This document shows, one piece after another, positions 1 to 13,693 of a DNA stretch of 64,000 bases. A model generated the notes under the pieces. The model was given only the letters and a program-made list of their open reading frames with translations. It had not been told where the DNA came from and searched no databases. Each line of letters starts with the position of its first letter. The stretch's first letter is position 1. The translations under genes and the position numbers were made by a program. The DNA comes from the human T2T-CHM13v2.0 reference genome, Homo sapiens, in NCBI RefSeq assembly GCF_009914755.1, contig NC_060928.1. One strand, written 5' to 3'.

Positions 1-1766
1 GGCTTCTCTTTGTGGGTAACTCGACCTTGCTCCGTGGCTGCCTTTAATATTTTTTCCTTCATTTCAACCTTGGTGAATCTGACAATTATGTGTCTTGGGG
101 TTGCTCTTCTCGAGGAGTATCTTTGTGGTGTTCTCTGTATTTCTTGAATTTGAATGTTGGCCTGCCTTGCTACATTGGGGAAGTTCTCCTGGATAATATC
201 CTGAAGAGTGTTTTCTAACTTGGTTCCATTCTCCCCATCACTTTCAGGAACACCAATCAAACGTAGATTTGGTCTTTTCACATAGTCCCATATTTCTTGG
301 AGGCTTTGTTCATTTCTTTTTACTCTATTTTCTCTAATCTTGTCTTCTCACTTTATTTCATTAATTTGATCTTCAATCACTGATCTCCTTTCTTCCACTT
401 GATTGAATCGCCTATTGAAGCTTGTGCATACATCACGAAGTTCTCGTGCTGTGTTTTTCAGCTCCATCAAGTCATTTAAGGTCTTCACTACACTGTTTAT
501 TCTAGTTAGCCATTTGTCTAACCTTTTTTCAAGGTTTTTAGATTGCTCACGATGGGTTAGAACATGCTCCTTTAGCTCGGAGAAGTTTGTTATTACCGAC
601 CTTCTGAAGCCTACTTCTGTCAGCTCGTCAAAGTCATTCTCTGTTCAGTTTTGTTCTGTTCCTGGTGAGGAGTTGCGATCCTTTGGAGGAGAAGAGGCAC
701 TCTAGTTTTGGGAATTTTCAGCTTTTCTGCTCTGGTTTCTTCTCATCTTTGTGGTTTTATCTACCTTTGGTCTTTGATGTTGGTGACCTACAGATGGGGT
801 TTTGGTGTGGATGTCCTTTTTGTTGATGTTGATGCTATTCTTTTCTGTTTGTTAGTTTTCCTTCTAACAGTCAGGCCCCTCAGCTGAAGGTCTGTTGGAG
901 TTTGCTGGAGGTCCACTCCAGACACTGTTTGCCTGGGTATCACCAGCAGAGGCTGCAGAACAGCAAATATTGCTGCCTGATCCTTCCTCTGGAAGCCTCA
1001 TCCCAGAGGGGCACCCACCTGTATGAGGTGTCTGTCGGCCCCTATTGGGAGGTGCCTCCCATTCAGGCTACATGGGGGTCAGGGACACACTTGAGGAGGC
1101 AGTCTATCCATTCTCGGAGCTTGAACGCTGTGCTGGAGAACCATTGCTCTCTTCAGGGCTGTCAGACAGGGATGTTTAAGTCTGCAGAAGTTGTCTGCTG
1201 CCTTTTGTTCAGCTATGCCCTGCCCACAGAGGTAGAGTCTATAGAGGCAGTAGGCCTTGCTGAGTTGCAGTGGGCTCCACCCATTTAGAGCTTCCCGGCC
1301 ACTTTGTTTACCTACTCAAGCCTCAACAATGGCAGACATCCCTCCCCCTGCCAGGCTGCAGCCTCACAGGTGGATCTCAGACTGCTGCGCTCGTAGTGAG
1401 CAAGCCTCTGTGGGCATGGGACCTGCTGAGCCAGGCACAGGAGAGTATCTCTTGGTCTGCAGTTGCTAAGACCATCAAAAGGCACAGTATTTTGTCAGGA
1501 GTGTACTGTTTTTCCAGGTACAGTCAGTCACGGTTTCCCTTGGCTAGGAAAGGGAAATCCCCTGACGCCTTGCACTTCCCAGGTGAGGTGATGCCCTGCC
1601 CTGCTTTGGCTCGCCGTCCATGGGCTGCACCCACTGTCCAACCAGTCCCAGTGAGATGAACCAGGTACCTCTGTTGGAAATGCAGAAATCACCCGTCTTC
1701 TGTGTCCATCTCGCTGGGAGCTGCAGACTGGAGCTGTTCCGACTAGGCCATCTTGGAAGCACTCCC
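1..1766 (-). mobile_element. L1PA (approx. L1PA6-8) 5' end: complete 5'UTR plus the start of a decayed ORF1; the element continues beyond the window start
   Basis: The minus strand from 1766 reads GGGAGTGCTTCCAAGATGGCCTAGTCGGAACAGCTCCAGTCTGCAGCTCCCAGCGAGA, the L1 5' terminus. ORF1 ATG is at 746 (MRRNQSRKAENSQN*), with an early in-frame stop. Confidence 0.93.
1748..1756 (-). promoter_or_regulatory. YY1 site of the L1 sense promoter
   Basis: CAAGATGGC on the minus strand at the canonical position near the L1 5' end. Confidence 0.7.
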
Positions 1767-1769
1767 TTG

Positions 1770-2330
1770 CTTATATTTTCTTCCACTTTGTAATTTATCT
1801 TTTTCAAGTATGTGATAGTGACTAGTGTCTTTCAGAGACCAAAATATTTCAAGTTTGATGAAGCTTATGATTTTTTCCATGGTTTGTGCTTTTTGCATCC
1901 TAGGAAATCTTTTTCTATGCTTGAAAACAAAAGATTTTCTTCCATATTTTCTTGAATACATTTCTTATCTTCTGTTTTGCTCCATGATCCACTGTAAGTT
2001 AATTTCAACCCTTGATGTGAGGTAAGGATATATATTCATTTTTTTCCAAATGGATATTCATTTATTTTAGAGACATCTGTCAAAAGAATGTCTATTCTAT
2101 ATTCTACATTTTCACACCTTTATTGAAAATCAGTTGAGCATGTATGAGGTAGCATATTTCTTTGTTTCCTACTCTGTTCTAATCACATGCATGTCCATCC
2201 TACACAAATATCACACTTTCCTTATTACTGTTTTTTTCTTAAAATTGATCAGTATAAATACTACACTTTTATTTGCCTTTTTCAAAATTGTTTTGACTAT
2301 TCTGAACTATTTGTATTTTAATATACACTA
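1770..2330 (-). mobile_element. Old L1M (L1MC/L1ME-type) ORF2 3' fragment; probable target of the younger L1PA
   Basis: Degenerate L1 ORF2 antisense motifs (ggtttgtgctttttgcatcctaggaaatct; ccaaatggatattca; ttcaaaattgttttgactattct). Confidence 0.7.
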
Positions 2331-3382
2331 AGTTATTTCTGCTTTCAATGACTATTTTCTACTTTATGGATTTTGTTCATACATGGTGCAATGGAGAAAT
2401 GTGTAGGAGAAGCAATAGGTGACAAATCTGGCTTTTTCTTGGCTAGATAAAATGTATCCAGTCATCATAACCAATACATGTTCTAAGTTTAGCTATGCTG
2501 TAATTAATATACATTCAAAACTTTCCAAGTAAATGCTTCAAATAATTCTACCAATTATTTGCCATTAGTTAATCTATCTAGCATACTGAATTATATTTTA
2601 AATATTCAGCTTGAAATACCTGAAACTATTAGATTGAAAATTAAATTTATTCAAAATGCTTATAAGCACAGGCTTTTAGCACTTAAAAAAAGTTAAGAAA
2701 CCTATAAAATTCCCAAACTGAAAAATATAAATAATTTAAAAATCCATTTGTCCATTTAGACAGCTAAAACTCATGAAGCATACACAAGTAGCTCAGATTT
2801 TTACAAAAATCTAATTTTTTCAATTACATCTAATTTTGCTTATTAAAGTAATCTAGAAATCATTTTACTTGTTTACCTAAAGACCAAGGGGCATAATTAT
2901 AAAAGTAACATTCATTTTATTTCCATTAGGAAAAGATTGTCTTAAGTAAAATGAAATAAGGATCTTTTTAAAGGAAAGTGTAATAGGAAAAACAGTATGT
3001 AATACATGACACAAAACCAAAAGCATTAAATTTTAAAGACTAAAATATTAACAAAACCGGATAATGAAATAAAAAATAAATAAAAAATATATATTAACTA
3101 GAGACCACTTCATGTTTGTCTCTCTAGTAGAAAATAAGTTTTCTAAAATATGATTAAGCATAATAATTTCTTGTCTGACTATTGGAAGTATTTCTTTCCA
3201 AAATGTTTTGTTTTATTTTATTTTTTGACTACACTCAGACACTTTTATTCATGTTTTAATGATACTTACCTCTCTTTTGCTCTTTCCTTTCTTCTTCCTT
3301 AATGAAATGCACTTTAGAGAATGCATGTCGTCACTGAAAAGTATTGATTTGATGAAACTGAACAAAAGATAGAGAAATAATT

Positions 3383-3921
3383 TGTATTAGGCAGTTTCTA
3401 AGATGGCTCTCAGTGACTATCTCCTCCAGATATTTATTCTCATTTGTAATGCCATTCCCTTGAGCATGGGCTTATCTAATGACTTGCTTTTGACAAATAG
3501 AATATAACAAAATTGGTGCGATTTCACCTTTGACATTAGGTTTCAAAAAGCATCCTGGTTGCAGGCAATTTTTTGTCGTGGGCACCTTCTCTTGTTCTCT
3601 TTCACTTGTTGTAGGAAGCCAGGTACCATGTGGAAAACTGCCTTTTGGAGATCCCCAGTGGCAAAGTGTGATGTCTTCAACCATCATCCAGTAGGGACCT
3701 AAATCTGTCAATAGTCATATGAAGAGATTGGAAATGTGTCCTCCCCAAAGAATCTTAGATGAAGGTAGTAGTCCTAGCCTACAAATGGATTGTAGTTTGT
3801 GAAATGCCCAGAGCCTGTGTACCTGGTTAAGCCATGCTTAGGTTCCTCAACTCATAGAAATTGTGATATAATAATGTTTGCCCTTTTAAACTGACAAATT
3901 CTGGAGTAATTTTTTACACAG
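3383..3921 (+). mobile_element. MLT1E/F-type MaLR LTR; its 3' tip resumes at ~4344-4382
   Basis: Start tgtattaggcagtttctaagatggc, internal ccattcccttgagcatggg...tgacttgcttttgacaaatagaat, and end ctggagtaattttttacacag. Confidence 0.75.
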
Positions 3922-4343
3922 TATAGTAGGGCAGAGAGTAGTCCCTTAAAGGATATGTCCACCAGGAATCTCATAATGTTACTTCATTTGGAATAAGATG
4001 TTTGCAGGTATAATTAAGGTAAGAATCTTAAAATGAGATTATCTTAGGTTATGTTGGGGCATAAATCCAATAACAGGGCTCTTTATAATAAGAAAGGAAG
4101 ACACATAAACATACAAAGATGAAGAGGATGTAAAGATGGAGGCAGAGATTTGAGTGATGTGTCTACCAGCAAAGGAAACCCAAGAATTGCCTGCAACCAG
4201 AAACTAGGAGAGAGGCATGAAACAGATTTTCTTCAGAGCCTCCAGAAGGTGCAGATGCCTTGATTTTGCAGTTCTGAACTCCAGAACTAAGAGAGGATAA
4301 ATTTCTGTTGTTTTAAGTCAAGTTTGTTGCAATTTGTTATAGC
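3922..4343 (+). mobile_element. MLT1B/C-type MaLR LTR nested in the 3' end of the preceding MLT1
   Basis: Motifs tttgcaggtataattaaggtaag, gatggaggcagagatt and ccagaactaagagaggataaatttctgttgttttaag, ending ttatagcagtcttgggaaactaatgca. Confidence 0.8.
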
Positions 4344-4663
4344 AGTCTTGGGAAACTAATGCAGCAGTAGATAAATGGCACATATGTTAGAAAAAGGAAT
4401 GAGATATGGAGCATGTAATTGTCAAAATTTTACTGTAATATGTTACTTATAAATTATGAACATGAACAAGACACATAGAAGATAAAAATGATACAATAAT
4501 TAAGTGAAAGTCACTAACTTGTGATAATGACAGGAAATTGCTACATGCTTTGTTTTAAACTTATTTAAAAGAATTTTTATCATGAATATAGTATCTTAGT
4601 ATCTATGCAGAGCCCAACTGTAACTTAATAGTGTGCTAAACAAAGTACATTTCTGTCTTTGTG

Positions 4664-4744
4664 CATACACATACACACACACAGGCACACATGTATGTAT
4701 ATATATATATATACATACATATATATGTGTGTGTTTATGTATAT
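4664..4744. repeat. Compound (CA)n/(TA)n/(TG)n microsatellite
   Basis: Read directly. Confidence 0.85.
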
Positions 4745-4899
4745 GGAAATAGAGAAGATTTTAAATTTACTGAGTAAATGTGAAGTTCAAGTCCAATAAA
4801 ATTCTGTGACTTATGTTAACATTCACTGTTCAGCAATATTTTGTTATTGCTTTTGTTGCTGTTCTATCATCATTTTTTTTCTTTCTACTGTTTGCACGC

Positions 4900-5315
4900 A
4901 ATTTTAGGCATGAGAAGCCTGGGAATTGAATATATTAGACTCTTGTTTAAGGGTTCTGGATATGATTACCTTCTGTGAAATGCAGTTACTCAAAACTTGG
5001 AAGGTAGAAAATTAGTCAGAAGCCATGATCTTATGTGTCTAAGAACAGCAGCTAAAATATGACTTTGCTAAAAGGGGCTTTGCAGTGATCTTCATATTTC
5101 CCTGCCATCACATGAAGCAGGGACGTTGGTAGTGGTTTCGTACAGATTTCTGAGTTTGCATGTAAATAGCAACATTTAGACTATCAAGAATATGGCAGAG
5201 GTATCAATTCCAAACTACTTTCATTATCACCAATTTCTGCTCCTTTAGCCTGCCCCCAGTATTAAACCCTCTTCTATTTGAAATATCTTGGATGTTTGCA
5301 TTATCTTTGACAATC
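4900..5315 (+). mobile_element. Old ERVL-type LTR relic (LTR41/LTR33-like)
   Basis: The 3' motif attaaaccctcttctatttgaaatatcttggatgttt resembles ERVL LTR ends; highly diverged. Confidence 0.4.
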
Positions 5316-5654
5316 TATGTTTGGTAAAACAGTTAAATAGAAGTTGAATTTAGAGCAAATCTTAAAAATAAAATAAGAATAAAATATTTGAAATAAAATA
5401 TTATTAAAATAAAATAAAAATGAAATAAAACCATAACAAATATTACAATTTATTTTAATAGAGGTTTCATGTATAATGATGTAGCAAGATAAAAGTTTGG
5501 AGAAAATAACTATATGATTCTAGTTTTCTTTATTTTAAGAAAAAATAAAAGAAATAATGTAAAAGTGTAGACTTGGATTGTCTGCATTTTTTTCCCATAT
5601 CTTAACAAATTCTGTGTGAAGTCAACCCGTAATTTAAAAAATAAAGTTATCTTA

Positions 5655-5850
5655 TGTGTGGCTCCCCAGAAGCAGTAACTGACATAAAAACATGACTGCA
5701 AGTGTATTTGGAAGCTAAGGTCAGGAAGAAGTGTGAGATAATGACAATGTGAAATGAAGAAGGAATAAAAAACAAGAAAATGTGTATTAGTTACTGGGTT
5801 GCCACAGTGGAAAACTAGGACTTAATCCTTCTAGGGTCCCACTGAAAGAA
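5655..5850 (-). mobile_element. Old ERVL LTR fragment (LTR40-like)
   Basis: ggctccccagaagcagtaactgacataaaaacatgactgcaagtgtatttgg resembles the CCCCAGAAGCAGACCCTGAGACAAGG...TGCAAGTAGTTTATTTGG motif. Confidence 0.45.
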
Positions 5851-8800
5851 TATCTAGAACTAAAATAAATCTTAGAATTTAAAGTACTAACAGATCCTAT
5901 GTGCCCTGCTATGATACTCCTAAAACAACAAACGAGTCAGATTTTAGATCTGGGTTTAATTAATCCTATCTTCTTGATAAAAATTTAATTTTTAATATGT
6001 AGACAATGGGAAGCCATAAGTGAGACTTCACTGAGTCAAGTAAAGATTGATAAAAGCTGTAACCTAATTTCCACACCAATGATAGTTGTTTTAGATATTT
6101 TTCTCAAAATGTAAAATTAATACTCATTGAGGTTCAATACTTAAAAACAAGTACCAATGAAAAGTTATCAATAATTAGATTTTGGAAAATATGAAAATTT
6201 TTATTATTAAAAGAAATTTACTAGCACATGATTCCCCTAGAGAACATATGGAGGTAATGGAACAAGGTGCAGTTTCAAAGCCACTGCTAAACTGAAAATG
6301 CCTTAAAAAGTACACATTTGATGCCATCAATATAAAGGTATTTATTTCTAAACTAATTGAAAACCCCTCATGTTTCTGACATTTAGTTTTTTTTTATTTG
6401 AAGAAACTTTAAAAGCAGGCATATGAAATATGCTTTCAGTTGGAAATGTGGGATCTAAAATGTTGAGGAGCATTAGTACAGACAGAATGATTTCATGGGG
6501 GAAAAAAATAAAAAAATAAAAAACAGGAAGAGCCTAGCATGGAAAGCAGGACAGCTCATCCGGATACCAGGTTTGGGGATGAATGTGAGTTTAAGGCTGT
6601 TTCTACTAATCACTTCCATCACACAATCATTCAAGCCAGACAACCAGTTTCACTGGCTTTTTGACCTTATTAACATGATGCTTGACAAAATTGATTCAAC
6701 AATTCAGTTGAAATGGCAGGACCACAAACAGTCTTAGGCTCTGCAAATGCTACCTATAATTTCAAGTCAATCGACAGCATTCACTGTGTGCAGAGCATGT
6801 GTATAATGCAATAATTGTTTTAAACTTTTTCTCTTCTCCTAAACCTGCTAATCCTGCTCTCCCCACTTTACTCTCAAGAGATTGCTTTAATTCCTACTTC
6901 AGAGAGAAAATATACCAAAAAAAATTATATTATGACATGCCATTCACCCAAATCTTAACTGCCAGTTATGGTGTATTTTGATAAATATTCCTGACTTTCA
7001 GAGACCTCAATATGTTTATACCCTGATAACCATAGTTTTATTGTTATTGTTGTCATTGCTTTCATTTTAAATGTGGAATGTGAATTTCACTCAGCAGAGC
7101 ATTCTTTTGAGGAAAAATACTATGACATCTCCAAGATCACTCCACTAGAATATATATTTTTTTTTCAAATCCTATTCCCTTGTGGACAATATTTATTTTC
7201 TTCAATTAAACATTTCTCCAGTACTTTTTAAACCTCTGACATAGGAATTTTATGACTATGGAATGGCTTAACTGGTTTAACTAAAACCAGTTTTATTCTG
7301 ATTTTTAACCAAAAAATAAGTAGAAAAGACATAACATAAAAAAGAAGAATCATTTTGTAATTTCCTTATGTTAGTTTTCTTAGCATATACCTTAGCATCT
7401 ATGTAAGGAACAAGATTACAAATGTAACAAGAGCTCTCAAGTATAAAACTTCTAAAATGCTGACTAGTAGCCCAAAGATTCTTGTTTTAATACAGAGTTA
7501 AAATAGGCTACAACTCCTAGTTGCTTTATATTATACATTGTTAACTAATTCCACATTTGTGTGATTTCAGTATAATTTGGATTCATTCAGAGAAGTATTT
7601 TTTTCTTATTCTTGGTAGAAAAAATATGCAAGGAGGACTATTTGAATATAATATATTGGATAGTATAATAGGATGGTTACAATCTGTAAACTTAAAAAAA
7701 ATATAGCTGCACACATAGCTTCTTTGTACTGGGGAATGCCAGCCAATTCTTGGATAAAAGGAACAATGGAGTTCATCAGATCTTCCTAACAACACAAAAT
7801 GACATGGCCTGTTCTACCAAATACTTTCTATAAAATTCACTTGGCCAATCAAAGATACTTGTTTTGCAATTGAAACCCTCATACCTTAATAAGAATAGCT
7901 CATGACTAGCATGAAAAGTAAATACTCATAAAAATGTCCATTGCCTATATATTTGAATAAACCATACTATTCAATTAATGGAGGGAAAATACTTCTGTCA
8001 GTTGTGATTCCATCTCTTCTTTGTGTGTATTTCAGAAAGTGAAAAAAAGTGATAACAGTGGAATTATTCACTAAATACCAAATTGAAAAAAAGCACTTCA
8101 ACAATAAAACAAAACATAAAAACATAAACAAGATAGTAAATTTGTCTTAAATAATGTTGAGTTGTACCCCACTCCTCTCATCTTAAAGGACATTAATGAA
8201 GTTTATCTATTAATATGGACAAGGAAACTAATTCCTGTTGCCTCGTTTTCCCTCAAGCACAAGCAGTTATCTTTTTTTCCTGACTACTTAAGGGAGAGGT
8301 GGCAGTGATACTAGTAGCCTCCTGTCAGTGACATAGTAACAAGCCTAGAAATAGTACTTGAGCAAATATTTGGCCCTACCTCTGCCCATTAATCTTTGGA
8401 AATTAATAAACTTTTCTCTCTCATTTTCTTATTTGTAAATAAAGAATAAAAATGTCCAACTCTCTGATTCAAAACTACAACAAAATATATATGAAAATCT
8501 TTATCAAAAAATAAAAAACATCGAAGTCATATAAGATAATCTTAATTTGCTTTTTAATGAAGGTACAAAGAGGTTGATCTCGAAAAATACTTTGATACTG
8601 GGTTTAACATGCCTATTTCCAGCTGCTTTATCTGTTCCTGTTCAGTGCTCTTTCAGGGTTATTAACCCAACAATTATACCAATAATGCCACTGCATGTAG
8701 AGTTGAGACATTTTCCTCTCATGCATTAATAAATTGTTTTCTTCAGTATGAAGGGAAACAAATATTAGGAAAAACTAGTCAGTATTTCCTAATATTTGTC

Positions 8801-8924
8801 ATTTGTGGGCCATATTAATTTCACTTACACAATATGTATTTTCTTATAACTTTGGTAAAGGAGAATAAAGACTTTTGCTTAAGGAAGAAAGGCATTCATT
8901 TATAATTAAATATAAAATTCTAGC

Positions 8925-9130
8925 AGTCAGAGACACCCAAGTTAGAATTATGTCTCTGACTCTTATAGACTTTTAGCAATGAGGCAATTACTTAACTCAG
9001 TTAATTAAGCTGTAAAATAATAATAATAATAATATCTGTCATGCAAATTTGTGAAGATAATTATAAAATGTATATAAAAGTTTGGGATAAGGACGAACAG
9101 GCAGAAAGCATATGAAACTGACAACTATTA
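8925..9130 (+). mobile_element. MIR fragment
   Basis: Core-like ggcaattacttaactc...ctgtaaaataataata...ttgtgaagataa. Confidence 0.55.
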
Positions 9131-9406
9131 GTATTATAATATGGTTTCCAATATTTCACAACTACTATCAACCTTAGTAAATTTAGGTAATCATTATAAA
9201 CTTCAATTCTCTAGTATAAAATGAGATATTAAGGTAAATGTTGGATGGCCACTTCTAGTTTCACGAATACTACAACCCACATCAAACCACAAGAAAACAT
9301 TTTACAATGACCACCTACTTCAATTAAATAAGGGGATTTGTTTCCATTTAATGTATGAAGCAGACTCCCTAGAAAAGTTCATCACTTACCTCCATTCATA
9401 TAGAGC

Positions 9407-9731
9407 AGAGGTAGGCAAACATTTTCTATAAAGGGTAAGACAGCGAACATTTTAGCCTTTGTAGGTCATACAGATTCTGTAGCAATTCTCAATTGTGTTG
9501 TAGCACAAAAGCAGCAATAGACAGCATGTAAACAAGTGAGCATAGCTGTGTTCTAATAAAATTTTATTTATGGACACTAAATTGAATGTTGCATAACTTT
9601 AATATGTCATGAAATATTCTTATGCTTTTTTTTCAAGGCCTTAAAAATGCAAAATACCTTCTTAGATCATTGGCCATATAAAACAGCTGATGGGCTGGTT
9701 TTTGCCTGTAGACTTCAGTTTACTGACCCTG
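9407..9731 (+). mobile_element. MER58B (hAT-Charlie non-autonomous element)
   Basis: cagaggtaggcaaacattttctataaaggg ... gtgttctaataaaattttatttatggacact ... gtttactgaccctg; about 325 bp with terminal inverted repeats. Confidence 0.85.
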
Positions 9732-9832
9732 CATAGGTCATTTTTGGTTAGTTGGAACTAAGCCCTAAGTTTTAAAAAGAGTGGCTCTTTGTCTATTAAA
9801 AAACATCAAATTTCATTGAATGCATTTTTTAA

Positions 9833-10161
<329 letters not shown>

Positions 10162-11937
10162 TGTATTTTAAAAAATATATGCATATCTCAGGTATATATA
10201 TTTTTGAGTTATATTATCATTGCTTACTTGGTAGATAAAAGACTAAAAGTCTTTTGCAAAATTTGTATTTTTGATAAAATTTTAAAACATCAATGATTCT
10301 TTTTCATAAGGGTTAGAGCTCTTTTCAGAATGACGAAGTCAAAAAAATGTGGAAACAATATTTTATTGCCCCCCCCAGGTACATATATTTGGCTTTATTC
10401 TGATGATAATAGTGGTGTCTGTCTCAGTATGCAGTCATACATCATTACACATTGAAACAGTGTTAATATATGCCAGAACTGCAGCAGTACCAAAATATTT
10501 GTAGACCTTGGGAAACCAGCACAAACTACTGATTTTGCAAGATGCATGAAGAGAAAAACAAACTTCTTGATGACAGTGGTTAGCAAATTGTTTTCAGAAA
10601 CAAAGAGAAACAGAGTAATGTAATTTTTCAAATACAGAAGTAGAATTCAGTACAAATTAATGACTAGGGGTATGAAGATGCACGGCAGTATTTTTTTGCC
10701 AGTGGCGTACTTACCTTGACATGCTTAATTTGTTAAGAAGGAAAACCTTCAGAAGGTATTTATAAATTAATGGATCACATCCTTTACTTTCCAACATGGT
10801 TTTATGGTTGTTGCCTTTTTAAAAACTTTTATTTGTAGGAGAGGTAAAAAGAAAAACCCAAACTGGAAGAATGTTCTTTGTTCTACTGGGAAACAGGGTT
10901 AATATCATCTGCAAAGCAAGATAGTGACCACAGTCAGAATTTAGCCCTTTTAGTTGCATCTTTGTTGTTGTTGTTGTTGTTGTTTGTTTAGACCAATTAT
11001 ATGTTCTCACATCTTTGATTGGAAATCAAATTAAATTCATGACTTTTTGAAGCAATTTTCAAGTATTGTCACCCAGATATTGTCATACTGAAACCTATAG
11101 ATTGTGGCACAGACTGGCTAAATTCCATCTTGATTGTGCCAGAGAATGTGCTATTTTTAATTATTCCTTAGGAAAAGATTATGTCTTTGACAGCTATTGT
11201 AACAGAGTACTGGCATAGCTTTTCAACAAGTGAGTATTATTTTTGGCTGCTTCTACCTGACCTAAGAATTTTACACACAAAATAATTAAATAAAGTTTAA
11301 ACAAATTTATTGCTTAAAGGAGCTCTTTTTCCTAAATGTGAATGACTATCTCCTGATTCTTTTGGAGTATTCTGTTTCTTCCTTTGTATTGGGTAAAAAT
11401 GGTATATTTTTACACAATTCTTAAATCAACTGTTGTAAAAAATTGATCACTTTCTCATTGGATTTGTAAAATATTACCACCATATGGGAGAAATATATAA
11501 CTGTATATGATCTTTTTAACATATACCATTCTATTCATTTGACTTTTTTTGGTATATGAGATGAGAAGAAAAGAAAAGGAAAAGATCTTCAGTCCTCAAT
11601 TCTAAAACATAGGTATACACGTATCCACTTTTGATGTGACCAAACTTAGATCTTATGTTGGGGGTAAAATGCTATGTAAAGTAATGTAACAGGATACAAA
11701 AGTGTCAGAGAACCTGCAGAACCTCTGAGAAGATGATGTACACCATTGCTACATGGAGATTAAGAGATCTGTAGCTGGACCCAAGATATTATACCTGTAC
11801 GCACATCCTGGAACTATCGATTTATGTAATTTTGACTTTGTGGATGCAGGACTGAAGGTCTTCTACAATCTAGGAAGAAAAAGAGAGATTAGTATGAGGT
11901 GAAAGGGTAGAGACTGGGAGAAAATGCCAAACACATT

Positions 11938-12913
11938 AAGAATCTGCACAGCAAAAGAAACTATCATTAGAGTGAACAGGCAACCTACAGAATGGGAGAA
12001 AAATTTTTCAGTCTATCCATCTGACAAAGGGCTAATATCAGTCATCTACAAAGAACTTAAACAAATTTACAAGAAAAAAAACAACCCCATCAAAAAGTGG
12101 GCCAAGGATATGAACAGACACTTCTCAAAAGAAGACATTTATGCAACCAACAAACATATTTAAAAAAGCTCATCATCACTGGTCATTAGAGAAATGCAAA
12201 TCAAAACCACAATGAGATACCATTTTATGCCAGTTAGAATGGTGATCATTTAAAAGTCAGGAAACAACAGATGCAGGACAGGATGTAGGGAAATGTACCC
12301 TGTTGGTGGGACTGTAAGTTAGTCCAACCATTGTGGAAAACAGTGTGGTGATTCCTCAAGGATCTAGAACTAGAAATACCATTTGACCCAGCAATCCCAT
12401 TACTGGGTATATACCCAAAGGATTATAAATCATTCTACTATAAAGACACATGCACACGTATGTTTATTGCAGCACTGTTCACAATAGCAAAGATTTGAAA
12501 CCAACCCAAGTGCCCATCAATGATAGACTGGATAAAGAAAATGTGGCAAATGTACACCATGGAATACTATACAGTTGTAAAAAAGGATGAGTTCATGTCC
12601 TTTGCAGGGACATGGATGAAGCTGGAAACCATCATTCTCAGCAAACTAACACAAGAACAGAAAAGCAAACACCGCACGTTCTCAATTATAAGTGGGAGTT
12701 GAACAATGAGAACACATGGACACAGGGAGGGGAACATCACACACTGTGGCCTGTCATGGGGTGGGGGGATGGGGGGATAGCATTAGGAGAAATACCTAAT
12801 GTAGAAGACAAGTTGATGGGTGCAGCAAACCACCATGGCACGTGTATGCTTACATAACAAACCTGCACATTCTGCACATGTAGCCCTGAACTTAAAGTAT
12901 ATATATAAAAAAA
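11938..12913 (+). mobile_element. 5'-truncated L1PA (approx. L1PA7/8): ORF2 C-terminus, 3'UTR and A-tail
   Basis: ORF track [19 protein letters not shown] and MIDWIKKMW...; G-rich 3'UTR; possible TSD aagaat at both ends. Confidence 0.95.
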
Positions 12914-13693
12914 GAATGATAAAAAGAAAGAGCCATTAGTGGGAGTCTACTGTTTCTCAAGGAAAGGACAGCAGTAGAAGTCAAGGTATGTAGTAGAAGA
13001 AATTTTTACATTGTGACTGCCTTCCTCTGGAAAATATGGCTCAATGTCAGGCCCTTTGTCAACTTGAATGCTCTGACTACCTCAGGAAAAATAATATCTT
13101 CAAGAAGACAGAATGTAGGAAGTTTTCTTCTCTATGGATTAAGGTAAGTAAACAATAGAAGGAAGAAAAAAATAGTATTGCCCCACCACAGGGAAAAACC
13201 ATTTTTCATTCATTTATTTATTCATTCACTTATTCTTTTTGAAAAAATTTGCCTTCTTGGCCCTGTAAATCTTTACTGAAAACTACTATTTTAGAATAAA
13301 TGTGGCATTATGACTATAAAAGTACCCATCACTTGGCTTTGCTGAAATATAAAACAAATCATAAGAGAGGAAGGGGATCTAATATACATAAGAATCTGAG
13401 TACCTTCAGGAAGGACAGAAACAAGTCTATACCTGATCATTGGTAGTTAAAGTTAGGAGAAATGTATGAATGGGCAAATTGGCTCAGAGCATAATAGTGC
13501 AAGAGCAAAAGTACTGATGCTATGTTACCTGAAGGCAGTGGCATCTAGGCTACTGAACTAATATCAAGGAGAGGAGTACCGGTTCTGTGGAAGACAACTA
13601 TTACCTGCCTTGCAAGAGGCTGATATCAGAAGCTTTTTCAGAAGACTTAGTGGATTGCTAGAGTTCTCAAAATAAAGTCTGAGCATAAGTATA

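Noticed and set aside
403-1659. + strand ORFs of 100-129 aa (possible ORF0)
   Set aside because: Antisense read-through of L1 ORF1 and the 5'UTR; I could not match any to ORF0 with confidence.
6495-8729. Short 60-80 aa ORFs in non-repeat DNA
   Set aside because: No recognisable domain, AT-biased composition, and lengths expected by chance.
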